Assembly: GCA_036268405.1 (NCBI GenBank)
Contig: DATAUF010000072.1
Span: forward strand, 508 to 64,507
Length of the DNA: 64,000 nt
Direction: 5' to 3'
Origin: Mycobacteriales bacterium
GTDB lineage: Bacteria > Actinomycetota > Actinomycetes > JAFAQI01
Translations under genes and position numbers: made by a program
Part shown: positions 47,842 through 59,993 of the stretch, piece after piece
How the letters are laid out: every line of letters starts with the position of its first letter
Numbering within the stretch: the first letter of the stretch is position 1
The notes under the pieces: model-generated
What the model was told of the DNA's origin: nothing
What the model saw: only the letters and a program-made list of their open reading frames with translations
Databases searched by the model: none

Positions 47842-48531
47842 GTGTCGCTGCTGGACGTACTGTGCCCGACGCGATGCGCGGGATGCGGTGCGCGCGGCGC
47901 TCAGGTGTGTCCGGACTGCCGGAGCGTCCTGGACGGCCCGGCTCGTCCGCACCGGCCGTCCCCGTGCCCGCCCGGACTGCCTCCGCTCTGGGTCGTGGCT
48001 GCGTACGACGGTCCGGTCCGGGAGCTGCTGCTCGGCTACAAGGAACGCGGCGCTGCGGGTCTGGCGGGGGCCCTGGCCGCACCACTTGCGACAGCTGCCC
48101 GGGCCGCAATGGGCGAGGCGGCGGGTGACCGGGTTCTTCTGGTACCCGCGCCTTCCGCGCGCGGCGCAGTGCGCGCCCGTGGGGATGACGTGGTGGGACT
48201 GCTGGCGTTCGGTGCTGCGCGCCTGCTCCGGGCGTCCGGGATGAGCTGCCGCGCGGCCTCGCTGCTGACGCAGCGGCGCGTCGTTGCCGACTCAGCCGGA
48301 CTGTCCGCCGCAGGGCGAGCGGACAACCTTCGGCATGCGCTCGGGGTCCGACCCGGTCGCACCCGACGGCTCACCGGTGCGGCGGTCGTTGTCGTGGACG
48401 ACCTGGTGACGACCGGCGCGACGTTGTGCGAGTCGCGGCGTGCCCTCGAGGAGGCCGGCGCCTGTGTCGTCGGTGCCGCAACGGTGGCCGCGACGCGTCG
48501 TCATCACTTCAGTGCCACTAGCCCCCGGTGA
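47842..48531 (+). CDS. ComF-family phosphoribosyltransferase-domain protein
   Basis: N-terminal CPTRCAGCG...CPDC zinc finger and PRT motif VVVVDDLVTTGATL. The GTG at 47842 is my choice of start. Confidence 0.75.
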   Translation: MSLLDVLCPTRCAGCGARGAQVCPDCRSVLDGPARPHRPSPCPPGLPPLWVVAAYDGPVRELLLGYKERGAAGLAGALAAPLATAARAAMGEAAGDRVLLVPAPSARGAVRARGDDVVGLLAFGAARLLRASGMSCRAASLLTQRRVVADSAGLSAAGRADNLRHALGVRPGRTRRLTGAAVVVVDDLVTTGATLCESRRALEEAGACVVGAATVAATRRHHFSATSPR

Positions 48532-48601
48532 TAGTCGGTGGCATGGTGAGGGCAGGTGCGTCGCCAGGCGTACGACAGCAAGCCCGAGGAGGTCCCCCGG
48601 A

Positions 48602-48982
48602 ATGGACGTCGTCGTCAGGTCTCGCAACGCGGTGGTTGGTCAACGGTTCAAGAGCAGCGCGCAGGACAAGCTCGACCGCCTGGCCAGGCTGGATGGCAAA
48701 GCCGACCGGGTTGACGTCGAGGTCAGCGAGGAACGTAACCCCCGACAGTCCGCCTCCCGGGTACACGTAGAGCTCACCTGCCACACCCGCGGAGCTGCGG
48801 TCCGCGCAGCCGGCGCCGCGACGGATGCCTTCGCCGCACTCGACGTCGCCATCGGCAAGCTCGTCCAACAGCTGCGCCGTGCTGCCGATCGACGGCGGGT
48901 GCACCATGGGTCCCGGGCGCCGCAGTCGATCGCGTCGGCGATGGAGTCGGTAGCCGACGAGCCGATCGATCCCGAGCTCTAA
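48602..48982 (+). CDS. hpf: ribosome hibernation factor, HPF/RaiA N-terminal (S30AE) domain only (126 aa)
   Basis: VVVRSRN...KLDRLARL...VEVSEERNPRQ...AALDVAIGKLVQQLRR. SD GAGGAGG upstream. Stops within the linker. Confidence 0.8.
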   Translation: MDVVVRSRNAVVGQRFKSSAQDKLDRLARLDGKADRVDVEVSEERNPRQSASRVHVELTCHTRGAAVRAAGAATDAFAALDVAIGKLVQQLRRAADRRRVHHGSRAPQSIASAMESVADEPIDPEL

Positions 48983-49007
48983 TCGCTACGCGTGCGATTA
49001 TGAGCCC

Positions 49008-49721
49008 GTGACCGACATGACCGACAGCGCTGCCCTGGGCCACGTCCCGCCGGGCGCGGGTGACCCCATCCGGGTGCTCGTTGTTGACGACCACGCGCTG
49101 TTCCGTCGCGGTCTGGAGATGGTCCTCGGCCAGGAGCCGGACATCGAGGTCGTCGGTGAGGCCGAAGACGGGGCCGACGCACTCGAGAAGACCATCGAGA
49201 CGACCCCTGACGTGGTCCTCATGGACGTCCGGATGCCCAAGCGCGGCGGTATCGATGCGTGCGTCGCGATCAAGGATGCGGTGCCGAGCGCGAAGATCAT
49301 CATGCTCACGATCAGCGACGAGGAAGCCGACCTCTACGACGCCATCAAGGCCGGCGCGATGGGCTACTTGCTCAAGGAGATCCCCATCGACGAGGTCGCG
49401 TCGGCGGTCCGTGCGGTGCACGGCGGCCAGTCGTTGATCTCTCCGTCGATGGCGTCGAAGCTGCTCAACGAGTTCGCCTCCATGATCAAGCGCGGCGAGG
49501 AGCGGCAGCAGGTTCCCGTCCCTCGGCTCACCGATCGTGAGATGGAGGTGCTGCGGCTGGTCGCAAAGGGGATGAACAACCGCGACATCGCCAAGCAGCT
49601 GTTCATCAGCGAGAACACCGTCAAGAACCACATCCGCAACATCCTCGAGAAGCTGCAGCTGCACTCGCGGATGGAAGCGGTGGTGTACGCCGTCCGCGAG
49701 AAGCTGCTCGAGATCACCTGA
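49008..49721 (+). CDS. NarL/LuxR-family response regulator (no adjacent kinase)
   Basis: IRVLVVDDH...VVLMDVRMP receiver domain. LuxR HTH LTDREMEVLRLVAKGMNNRDIAKQLFISENTVKNH. Confidence 0.9.
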   Translation: MTDMTDSAALGHVPPGAGDPIRVLVVDDHALFRRGLEMVLGQEPDIEVVGEAEDGADALEKTIETTPDVVLMDVRMPKRGGIDACVAIKDAVPSAKIIMLTISDEEADLYDAIKAGAMGYLLKEIPIDEVASAVRAVHGGQSLISPSMASKLLNEFASMIKRGEERQQVPVPRLTDREMEVLRLVAKGMNNRDIAKQLFISENTVKNHIRNILEKLQLHSRMEAVVYAVREKLLEIT

Positions 49722-49729
49722 TCGTTTCC

Positions 49730-50785
49730 GTGGTCCTCTCGCGTTCGGACCGGATCGTCGTCGGGTTTGCCGCGGCGTTCACCATCGCCGCCGCAGCGCT
49801 GAACTACGGCCACGGCGCTCACGTCGCGACCTTCGTCGTCTCAGGGCTCGCACTTGCGGCGCTCGCTGCCTTGGTCGGTCGCAGCGTCGAGCAGGTCGCC
49901 GACCGGTTGGGGTCGGGGGCCACGGGCGTGGTGCAGAGCGCGCTCGGCAACCTGCCGGAGCTGTTCGTCTGCATCTTCGCCTTGCGCCAGGGTCTCGTCC
50001 GGGTCGTCCAGGCCGCCATCATCGGGTCGATCCTGTCCAACGTTCTGCTGGTGCTCGGCCTCGCTTTCGTGGCAGGCGGGCTCCGAAACGGACGTCAGGC
50101 ATTCGATGGCAACCGCGCCCGCACGCTGATCGCGCTGATGATCCTCGCCGTCGCGGCGATGCTTGTCCCGAGCCTTGCGCACTACGTGGGCAGTCCCGCC
50201 GCAGCCCACGAGCGCGCTCTGTCGGTCATCGCGTCGATCGTGCTGCTCGCGGTGTTTGCGGTGTCGGTGCCGTCCTCCCTGCGCCGCGGGGAGGGCGAGA
50301 CCGCGGAGCAGCCGTCGACGGCGTTGTGGCCGGTTCCGGCGGCGGTCGCGACGCTCGGCGCGACAGGAGTGCTGGCCGCCTTCGTGTCGGACTGGTTCGT
50401 CGCGGCGCTGCAGCCGGCGTTGACATCGCTGCACATCTCGCAGGCGTTTGCCGGACTGGTCATCGTGGCGATCGCGGGAAACGCGGTCGAGAACGTCGTG
50501 GGCATCCAGCTCGCGCTGCGCGGCCGTGCCGATCACGCGCTGTCGGTGATCCTCAACTCGCCGCTGCAGATCGCTCTCGTCCTTGCTCCGGTGCTGGTTC
50601 TCGCCTCGCCGGTCATCGGCGGCGCCGCGTTCACGTTGGCATTCCCGCCGCTACTCGTCACGACCGTGGTGGCGTCGGTGCTCGCGGTGAGCTTCGTCAT
50701 CATCGATGGCGAGTACGACTGGCTCGAAGGAGCAGCACTCGTGGGCCTCTACCTCGTCATCGCCGCGTCGTTCTGGTGGGGATGA
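49730..50785 (+). CDS. Ca2+/H+ exchanger (CaCA family)
   Basis: Alpha-repeat motifs GNLPELF and GNAVENV, about 10-11 hydrophobic helices. Confidence 0.8.
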   Translation: MVLSRSDRIVVGFAAAFTIAAAALNYGHGAHVATFVVSGLALAALAALVGRSVEQVADRLGSGATGVVQSALGNLPELFVCIFALRQGLVRVVQAAIIGSILSNVLLVLGLAFVAGGLRNGRQAFDGNRARTLIALMILAVAAMLVPSLAHYVGSPAAAHERALSVIASIVLLAVFAVSVPSSLRRGEGETAEQPSTALWPVPAAVATLGATGVLAAFVSDWFVAALQPALTSLHISQAFAGLVIVAIAGNAVENVVGIQLALRGRADHALSVILNSPLQIALVLAPVLVLASPVIGGAAFTLAFPPLLVTTVVASVLAVSFVIIDGEYDWLEGAALVGLYLVIAASFWWG

Positions 50786-50799
50786 ACGGGGTGAGGTCG

Positions 50800-51543
50800 A
50801 TGCGGGTTGCGGTTGCCGGCGGAACCGGTGTTGTCGGGCGACACGTGGTCGCCGCCGTGCGCCAGGCCGGCCACGACTCGACAGTGATCGCCCGCTCGGC
50901 GGGAGTCGACGTGGTCTCCGGGGAAGGCCTGGATCCGGCCCTCGAAGGAGTCTCGGTCGTCGTCGATGTGTGCAATGTCGCCGCGCTCAGCAAGGCGAAG
51001 TCGGAAGCGTTCTTCACCGCGGCCACGACCAACCTGATGGCGGCGGGTGAGCGAGCCGGCGTGGGGCACTACGTGGTGCTCTCGATCGTCGGGTGCGACC
51101 GCGTCGACCTCGGCTACTACTTCGGCAAGCGACTCCAGGAGCAGCTCGCGCTTGCCGGCCCTCTGCCGGTCAGCATCCTGCGGGCAACTCAGTTCCACGA
51201 GTTCCCCGCACAGCTGCTCGAACGATCACCAGGTGGCCCGGTGAGCATCGTCCCGCGGATGCGCAGCCAGCCGATCGCGGCGCGCGAGGCGGCCGCTGCC
51301 CTCGTTGACATGGCCGTCGGCGAACCGGTTGGCATGGCCGGCGACATCGCGGGGCCCGAAGTGCACGAGATGGCAGATTTGGTCCGGTTGGTGCTGCGGT
51401 CGCGCGGCAGCCGTCGCGCGGTCGTCGGCATGCGGCTCCCCGGCGCGACCGGACGCGCGCTCGCCGGCGATGGGTTGCTCCCCGATGGATCGGGGAAGCG
51501 GGGCACCCAGACCTTTGCCGAATGGCTCGGATCCCACACATAG
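50800..51543 (+). CDS. NAD(P)-binding NmrA/atypical-SDR-like protein
   Basis: VAVAGGTGVVGRHV Rossmann start. ATG at 50800 within ORF 50326..51543. Confidence 0.7.
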   Translation: MRVAVAGGTGVVGRHVVAAVRQAGHDSTVIARSAGVDVVSGEGLDPALEGVSVVVDVCNVAALSKAKSEAFFTAATTNLMAAGERAGVGHYVVLSIVGCDRVDLGYYFGKRLQEQLALAGPLPVSILRATQFHEFPAQLLERSPGGPVSIVPRMRSQPIAAREAAAALVDMAVGEPVGMAGDIAGPEVHEMADLVRLVLRSRGSRRAVVGMRLPGATGRALAGDGLLPDGSGKRGTQTFAEWLGSHT

Positions 51544-51629
51544 AGCGCTGCTAGAGCGCCGCCGTAGACTGCTTGACGCGGTCCGGACGGACCGTCGCAG
51601 TGCCGTCGACCTGTCTGGAGAGCCCCATC

Positions 51630-54538
<2,909 letters not shown>

Positions 54539-54542
<4 letters not shown>

Positions 54543-54994
54543 CCGAGCTGCACGACGGTCGCTCGCCAGACCCGGCCGTTGCTTTCCAGCCGGAACGCGA
54601 GGGCGCGGGTACGCACCCCGCCGTCGATGACGGCGCACGCTTCGATCACGCCGTCGCAAACCGCGGCTAGGTGAACCGACCGCAGCCGTGGCCGCAGTCT
54701 CGACTGGGCGCGGTGCGCCGGCTGTCGAGTCGCGGCCCGTTCGACGATTCGCACGACATCGAAGGTCGCCAGGTCACGGAGCTGGTCGACCGGACGCGCC
54801 CGCGCCATCACCTCCGCTACTCCTCGCGCGAAGTTCGCTGCGACGGGCCGGGGATCGCGATGTGCGGGAGGCTCCGCACGAAGGGGCGGCACCAGCCTCA
54901 GCGGCGGTGGTGGAGCGACCTTCGCGTCCGCGACCAGCCGTAGCGCCCGTGGTGCGGGCGGGGTCTCGATCAGTTCCGTGAGCGTCAATGTCAC
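54539..54994 (-). CDS. Rv3235-family protein, paralog 1
   Basis: PLRLVP N-terminal motif, RPVDQL, and C-terminal [20 protein letters not shown]...WRATVVQLG. Start uncertain (GTG at 54994; the ORF is open to 55054). Its stop overlaps the secA stop. Confidence 0.65.
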
Positions 54995-55167
54995 GCCCGT
55001 TCCCCTCTGTTGGTCCGAGCCTGTGACCCGAGCCTCTTGGTCCGAGCCGTGCACGATGAAGCGGGCGGACCATAGAGATCACGGATGAGTGGATGCCAGA
55101 GCGGATGCGTCAATCTGGACGGCCGCGTCAGGCATTGGCAGCGAGCGGACACGACGTGTTCCTGCAA

Positions 55168-55683
55168 TCAGCCCACTCGCAGGACCGTGCAGCGCCATCT
55201 CGCGTTCGGCGCCTCCAAGCGCAGCGCCATCGCCCGGCGTCGCACGCCGGTGTCGATCACGGCGGACACTTCCGCTACGCCGGCCCGCGGTTCGCACAAC
55301 CGCAGTGATGAGACCCGCGGCCGCTGTGGAGTGCGAACGCCACGCGGGACCATCCGGCCCGCGTTGCGCTCGAGCAGGGCCAGCACGTCTAGCGTCGCCA
55401 CCTGTGCCAGCTGCTGGGGCGGCCGGAACCCGGTGAGCACCTCGGCAATCGCCTGTGCGAGCGGTCCGATCAACCGTCTTGGATCGGGGGCTGCAGCCGT
55501 CGTGGCGGAGGGGTCGTCATTCGGTGTGTCCACGCCGCCCGCGGGCGGCACCAATCGAAGCGGCATGGTGAGTGTCATCGAGGGTGGGAAGGCGAGCGCG
55601 AGGCTGCCGTCGATCACGATCGCGCTGCGCTCGTGGGTTTCGTCGTCGTACGGACCATCGACGCGAGGCGCATGCCGCAGCAT
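55168..55683 (-). CDS. Rv3235-family protein, paralog 2
   Basis: PLRLVPP, RPPQQL, EVSAVIDTGVRRRAMALRLE...WRCTVLRVG. Start uncertain (ATG at 55683 or 55578; the ORF is open to 56028). Confidence 0.6.
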   Translation of the reverse strand: MLRHAPRVDGPYDDETHERSAIVIDGSLALAFPPSMTLTMPLRLVPPAGGVDTPNDDPSATTAAAPDPRRLIGPLAQAIAEVLTGFRPPQQLAQVATLDVLALLERNAGRMVPRGVRTPQRPRVSSLRLCEPRAGVAEVSAVIDTGVRRRAMALRLEAPNARWRCTVLRVG

Positions 55684-55847
55684 CAGGACCTTCGCCGCGC
55701 CGGCGTCAGCTTGATCAGTCAATGTCCACTCCTCGTAGGCGTCCCCGGTTGGTTGCGGAGGCGGTGCGGAGAGTGCGGTTTGCTTCCGGTTGCGGTCAAT
55801 GGCTTTCGGGTTCCTGTGTTCGGACGCTTCGATGGCACACTCCCGCG

Positions 55848-56405
55848 ATGCGCTGGCACCGGCTGTTCGACGACCTCGAGGCACAGCTCGACGGCGAGGT
55901 GGCTGACGCACTGGACGCTGAGCTGGCCGATCGGGTGCGGGGCGAGCTGGCGAAGACCTCGCTTGAGGACCGGCTTCGTGGGGCGTTGGGCCGCGCCGTG
56001 ACTCTGGAGCTCGCTGGTGTCGGACCACTACGTGGCACTTTGCGCAAGGTCGGCTCAGGCTGGCTCATCGTCGACGAGCCGAACGGCACTGCGACGATCG
56101 CACTCGTCGGCGCCGTCATCGGCGCCCGCGGTCTTCCGGTCGCGGCCCGTGACCGGGCCGCCGATGGCATCGTCGGCGGACGGATCGGGATCGGGCACGT
56201 CATGCGGGTACTTGCGCGTGACCGCACGCCGACGGCTGTCGCGCAGGTCGACGGCACCTGGCTGGCCGGCACGATCGACCGGGTCGGCACGGACTACTTC
56301 GATCTTGCCGAGCATCCGCTCGACGAGGCCCGACGCTTCGCCGTTGGCTCGGTCGCGCGGACCGTCGCCGTCGCTGTGGTCGCCGCGCTACGACCTATGC
56401 GTTGA
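55848..56405 (+). CDS. hypothetical protein with two internal repeats (185 aa)
   Basis: VTLELAGVGPLRGTLRKVGSGWLIVDE and TAVAQVDGTWLAGTIDRVGTDYFDLAE share L-x-GT-[LI]-x-[KR]-VG-x-x-[WY]-[LF]. GC3-rich frame. Confidence 0.55.
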   Translation: MRWHRLFDDLEAQLDGEVADALDAELADRVRGELAKTSLEDRLRGALGRAVTLELAGVGPLRGTLRKVGSGWLIVDEPNGTATIALVGAVIGARGLPVAARDRAADGIVGGRIGIGHVMRVLARDRTPTAVAQVDGTWLAGTIDRVGTDYFDLAEHPLDEARRFAVGSVARTVAVAVVAALRPMR

Positions 56406-56640
56406 ACGGATGGGCCGCGACGAAGTCCCTGGTGTGCTCGTGCGCTCGCCTTACGAACGCATCGAGCTGTCGAGGGTCGACGCGCCACTGGCCGCGGCCA
56501 CCGACCTTCATGGCCGCGAGCTCACCGCTGCGCACCAGCGCGTAGACCTGTGCCGCGGACACGTTGAGGATCTCTGCGACGTCGGCCAGCCGAAGGAACC
56601 GGGACTCGGGCACGGCGCGAGTGTGCCACCGCTCAGGCAT
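56395..56640 (-). CDS. excisionase/MerR-type helix-turn-helix DNA-binding protein (81 aa)
   Basis: FLRLADVAEILNVSAAQVYALVRSGELAAMKVGGRGQWRV. Confidence 0.75.
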   Translation of the reverse strand: MPERWHTRAVPESRFLRLADVAEILNVSAAQVYALVRSGELAAMKVGGRGQWRVDPRQLDAFVRRAHEHTRDFVAAHPFNA

Positions 56641-56704
56641 CCGCGATCGAGTGCTGTGGATTACGCGCCCTTCCGCGAAGCGAGCTGGGGCAGGATCCGC
56701 GACC

Positions 56705-57454
56705 GTGACCACACCGACCACCACCTTGCCGGCCAAGCGACTGTCGTCCCCACGGTGGTTCAACATGCGCTTCCTGGCGGGCATCGCGATCGTCGTTGCG
56801 CCGATCTTCATCGGAGCGCGCGTGCTCGCGTCGGCGGATCGCTATGCAGAGGTCTACGTGGCACGGCAGCCGCTGGTCCCCGGGGAGCATCTCGGCGCTG
56901 AGGACCTCATGGTTGGCCGGGTGCGCTTCGACGGCCAGGGCGCTCGCTACATTGCGGCCGGCCGGGTGCCCGTTGGCTACGTCGTCACGCGGTTCATCGG
57001 CGCCGGCGAGCTGGTGCCGTTGACGGCGGTCAACGGCCAGACCTCGACAGCCATGGCAACGCGCCTGGTCACCCTGCCCGTCGGGACGGGACACGCTCCG
57101 ACTTCACTGAGCCGCGGCGAGCTCGTCGACGTGTACGTCACGCCGAAGTCGTCGTCCTCGGCCCAGACACCGGCTGCGCCACGTCTGGTGATCGCTGCAG
57201 CGCCGGTCGACTCGGTCACGACGTCGGGGGCGCTCGCGAGCAGCGGGACGATCTCCGTCGTTCTCGCGGTACCGCTTACCCGGGTGATCGCCGCCGTCGA
57301 CGCGATCGAGTCCGGCACCATCGACGTGGTCAGGGTCCCCGATGTCCCCGTGGCCGATGTCCCAGCGCCTGATCCCACAGCGCCCGATCCCACAGCGCCC
57401 GATCCCACAGCGCCTGATCCAGCGGTGTCACCGACACCAACGATCACGCCATGA
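56705..57454 (+). CDS. SAF-domain (CpaB/RcpC-like) protein with a Pro-rich repeat tail
   Basis: One TM helix (FLAGIAIVVAPIFIG), then SAF-like VARQPLVPGEHLGAEDL. C-terminus PAPDPTAPDPTAPDPTAPDP. Start is the GTG at 56705 or the ATG at 56765. Confidence 0.65.
   Translation: MTTPTTTLPAKRLSSPRWFNMRFLAGIAIVVAPIFIGARVLASADRYAEVYVARQPLVPGEHLGAEDLMVGRVRFDGQGARYIAAGRVPVGYVVTRFIGAGELVPLTAVNGQTSTAMATRLVTLPVGTGHAPTSLSRGELVDVYVTPKSSSSAQTPAAPRLVIAAAPVDSVTTSGALASSGTISVVLAVPLTRVIAAVDAIESGTIDVVRVPDVPVADVPAPDPTAPDPTAPDPTAPDPAVSPTPTITP
57361..57420. repeat. 15-bp tandem repeat x4 (CACAGCGCCCGATCC-like) encoding (T/P)APDP units
   Basis: Read directly: 57361-57375, 57376-57390, 57391-57405 and 57406-57420, with 0-2 mismatches between units. 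Confidence 0.9.
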
Positions 57455-58737
57455 ACGTCACCGTGCTGACCGCGATCGGTGACCCGCGGCGTGAGGCGGA
57501 GGTAGCGGCCGGCTTGAGCGAGATCGACCTCGGCGTGACGGTGGTTCGTCGTTGTGTCGATTTGCCGGACCTGCTCGCGGCTGCGTGCGCCGGACTGGCC
57601 GAGGCTGCCGTGCTGTCGGCCGACCTGCGCGGCTTGGACCGGGCGGCGGTTCGGCGGCTTGCCGACGCCGGCCTTGTAGTGGTCGGACTTGCCCCAGATG
57701 ACCGCGCAACCCAGGATCGCCTTCGTGGTTTGGGAGTTACCGACCTGCTCACGGACACCAGTCCGGTTGAGGCCGTTGCTGCCGCTCTGGTCGCGGCGGC
57801 GTCGCAACGTCATTCAGACCGAGCGGGACGGCAAGCGTCGGTCACGGCTCTCGGACCAGGTCACGACGAGCCGAGCGGCGAGTCCGTCCACGGCGCAGGC
57901 GGCAAGGTGGTTGCGGTATGGGGCCCGGCAGGCGCGCCCGGACGCAGCACGATCGCGCTCAACCTCGCGGCGGAGCTCGCCACACTCGGCCACGAGGTGT
58001 TGTGCGTGGATCTTGACACGTACGGCGCGTCGCTCGGCCAGTTGGCAGGTCTGCTCGACGAGGGCTCGGGTGTCGCGGCCGCCTGCCGGCATGCCAACGG
58101 CGGGCGACTCGATGGCACCAGGCTGCGACAGCTCGCCGCGGAGCTGCGGCCCGGGTTGTCGCTGCTCACCGGCATCAGCTCTCCGCAGCGCTGGCCGGAG
58201 CTACGGTCGGAAAGCCTCGAGATGGTGCTGAGCATCGCCAAGGCGGGATACGGCTTCATCGTCCTGGACGCCGGTTTTTGCCTGGAGCACGACGAGGACC
58301 TCGCCTACGACACCCTGGCACCGTGCCGAAACGGTGCCACTGTCGCGGCAGTTGCGGCCGCCGACGAGGTGGTGGCGATCGGATCGGCCGACCCGGTGGG
58401 CATTGCCCGGCTGGTTCGTGAGGTTGCTGATCTGCCCTGCCTGACCACGCCGATCACAGTCGTGAACCGGGTGCGCCGAGGCGTTGTCGGTCGCGGCGAC
58501 CCCGGGCGCCAGATCGGGCTCGCGCTCGGCCGCTATGCGGGTGTCACCGATGCGGTGATGGTCCCGGAGGATGCCACGACGGCGGATGCTGCCGTCGTTG
58601 CGGGCCGGACCTGGGCCGAGGTGTCGGCGAGCTCGCCGGCGCGGCTAGCGGTGCGGGACCTCGCCCGGCAGATCGCTGGTTCGGGACCGGTGAGAAGGCG
58701 GACCGCACTGCGGCTGCGAAAAGTGCAGGGCTACTGA
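57451..58737 (+). CDS. TadZ/CpaE/Ssd-like ParA-MinD-superfamily protein with an N-terminal receiver-like domain and a degenerate Walker A
   Basis: [25 protein letters not shown] sits where KGGxGK[ST] is expected; VLCVDLD. The N-terminal ~110 aa have an alternating beta/alpha pattern. ATGA overlap with the SAF gene. Confidence 0.65.
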   Translation: MNVTVLTAIGDPRREAEVAAGLSEIDLGVTVVRRCVDLPDLLAAACAGLAEAAVLSADLRGLDRAAVRRLADAGLVVVGLAPDDRATQDRLRGLGVTDLLTDTSPVEAVAAALVAAASQRHSDRAGRQASVTALGPGHDEPSGESVHGAGGKVVAVWGPAGAPGRSTIALNLAAELATLGHEVLCVDLDTYGASLGQLAGLLDEGSGVAAACRHANGGRLDGTRLRQLAAELRPGLSLLTGISSPQRWPELRSESLEMVLSIAKAGYGFIVLDAGFCLEHDEDLAYDTLAPCRNGATVAAVAAADEVVAIGSADPVGIARLVREVADLPCLTTPITVVNRVRRGVVGRGDPGRQIGLALGRYAGVTDAVMVPEDATTADAAVVAGRTWAEVSASSPARLAVRDLARQIAGSGPVRRRTALRLRKVQGY

Positions 58738-59939
58738 AGGTACGGGCCCAGCTCCTGGCGGGAGACCGAGCGGATGTGGACCTCGTCGGGCCCGTCCGCG
58801 ATTCGCAACGTACGGGCGTGTGCGTACATCTCCGCCAGTGGGAAGTCATCGCTCACGCCGCCACCACCGTGCACCTGGATCGCCCGATCGATGACGTGAC
58901 AGGCGACGCGCGGTGCGATCACCTTGATCGCCGCGACCTCGGTGCGGGCGCCCTTGGCACCGACTGTGTCGATGAGCCAGGCCGTCTTGAGGGTCAGCAG
59001 CCGAGCCTGCTCGATCGCCATTCGGGCCTCTGCAATGTCTGCTTGCACGGTGCCCTGTTGCGCGATGGTCTTGCCGAACGCCACTCGAGAGACCGCCCGC
59101 TTGCACATCAGCTCGAGGGCGCGCTCGGCCATGCCGATCGCGCGCATGCAGTGGTGGATCCGGCCCGGGCCTAGTCGTGCCTGGGCGATCGCGAAGCCGG
59201 CACCTTCTTCAGAAATGAGGTTGGAGGCCGGCACGCGGGCGTTGTCGAAGCTGATCTCACAGTGACCGTGCTGGTCCCAGTAGCCGAAGACGGGTAGCGG
59301 TCTGACGACGGTGACACCGGGGGTGTCCATCGGGACGAGGATCATCGACTGCTGTGCATGCCTTGGACCATCGGGATCGGTCTTGCCCATCACGATCATG
59401 ACCGCGCAGCGCGGGTCGGCTGCCCCGCTGATCCACCATTTGCGACCGTTGAGCACGTAGTCGTCACCGTCGCGTCGGATCTCCGTCGAGATGTTGGTCG
59501 CATCGGAGGAGGCGACTGCGGGTTCGGTCATCGCGAACGCCGATCGGATCTCGCCGTCGAGCAACGGCCGCAGCCAGCGTTCCTTCTGCTCGGTGGTGCC
59601 GAACAGGTGCAGCACCTCCATGTTTCCGGTGTCGGGGGCCGCGCAGTTGATTGCTTCGGGTGCGATCTCGGGCGCGCGCCCGGTGATCTCGGCGAGGTGC
59701 GCGTAGTCGACGTTCGACAGCCCCGACTCAGCCGGAAGGAAGAGGTTCCACAGGCCGCGGCCACGCGCCTCGATCTTGAGGTCCTCGATGATCGGAGGAA
59801 CGTGTTGGCCCCTGCCCTCAGCTACCAGCGCCTCGCGCTGTTCGCGATAGACCGGCTCGGCCGGATAGACGTGCGAGTCCATGAAGTCTTCGAGCCGCTT
59901 GACGTGGTCGGCGGCCGTGGCCGACAGGGCGAAGTCCAT
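58731..59939 (-). CDS. acyl-CoA dehydrogenase (ACAD10/11-like FadE)
   Basis: [17 protein letters not shown]-terminal [35 protein letters not shown] at 59939 with GGAG 6 nt upstream. Confidence 0.85.
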   Translation of the reverse strand: MDFALSATAADHVKRLEDFMDSHVYPAEPVYREQREALVAEGRGQHVPPIIEDLKIEARGRGLWNLFLPAESGLSNVDYAHLAEITGRAPEIAPEAINCAAPDTGNMEVLHLFGTTEQKERWLRPLLDGEIRSAFAMTEPAVASSDATNISTEIRRDGDDYVLNGRKWWISGAADPRCAVMIVMGKTDPDGPRHAQQSMILVPMDTPGVTVVRPLPVFGYWDQHGHCEISFDNARVPASNLISEEGAGFAIAQARLGPGRIHHCMRAIGMAERALELMCKRAVSRVAFGKTIAQQGTVQADIAEARMAIEQARLLTLKTAWLIDTVGAKGARTEVAAIKVIAPRVACHVIDRAIQVHGGGGVSDDFPLAEMYAHARTLRIADGPDEVHIRSVSRQELGPYLQ

Positions 59940-59993
59940 GAACTGCTCCATCGCTAGAAGGTGCGGTAGCGCCATTCTCTAGCATCGACTGTC

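Noticed and set aside
55684-55847. Direct repeats GTCAATG (55718 and 55795) and GGTTGCGG (55751 and 55788) in the divergent region between Rv3235 paralog 2 and the repeat protein
   Set aside because: These are short words that could recur by chance in 160 bp. The region may even be coding if paralog 2 starts further upstream. This is not enough to call an operator.
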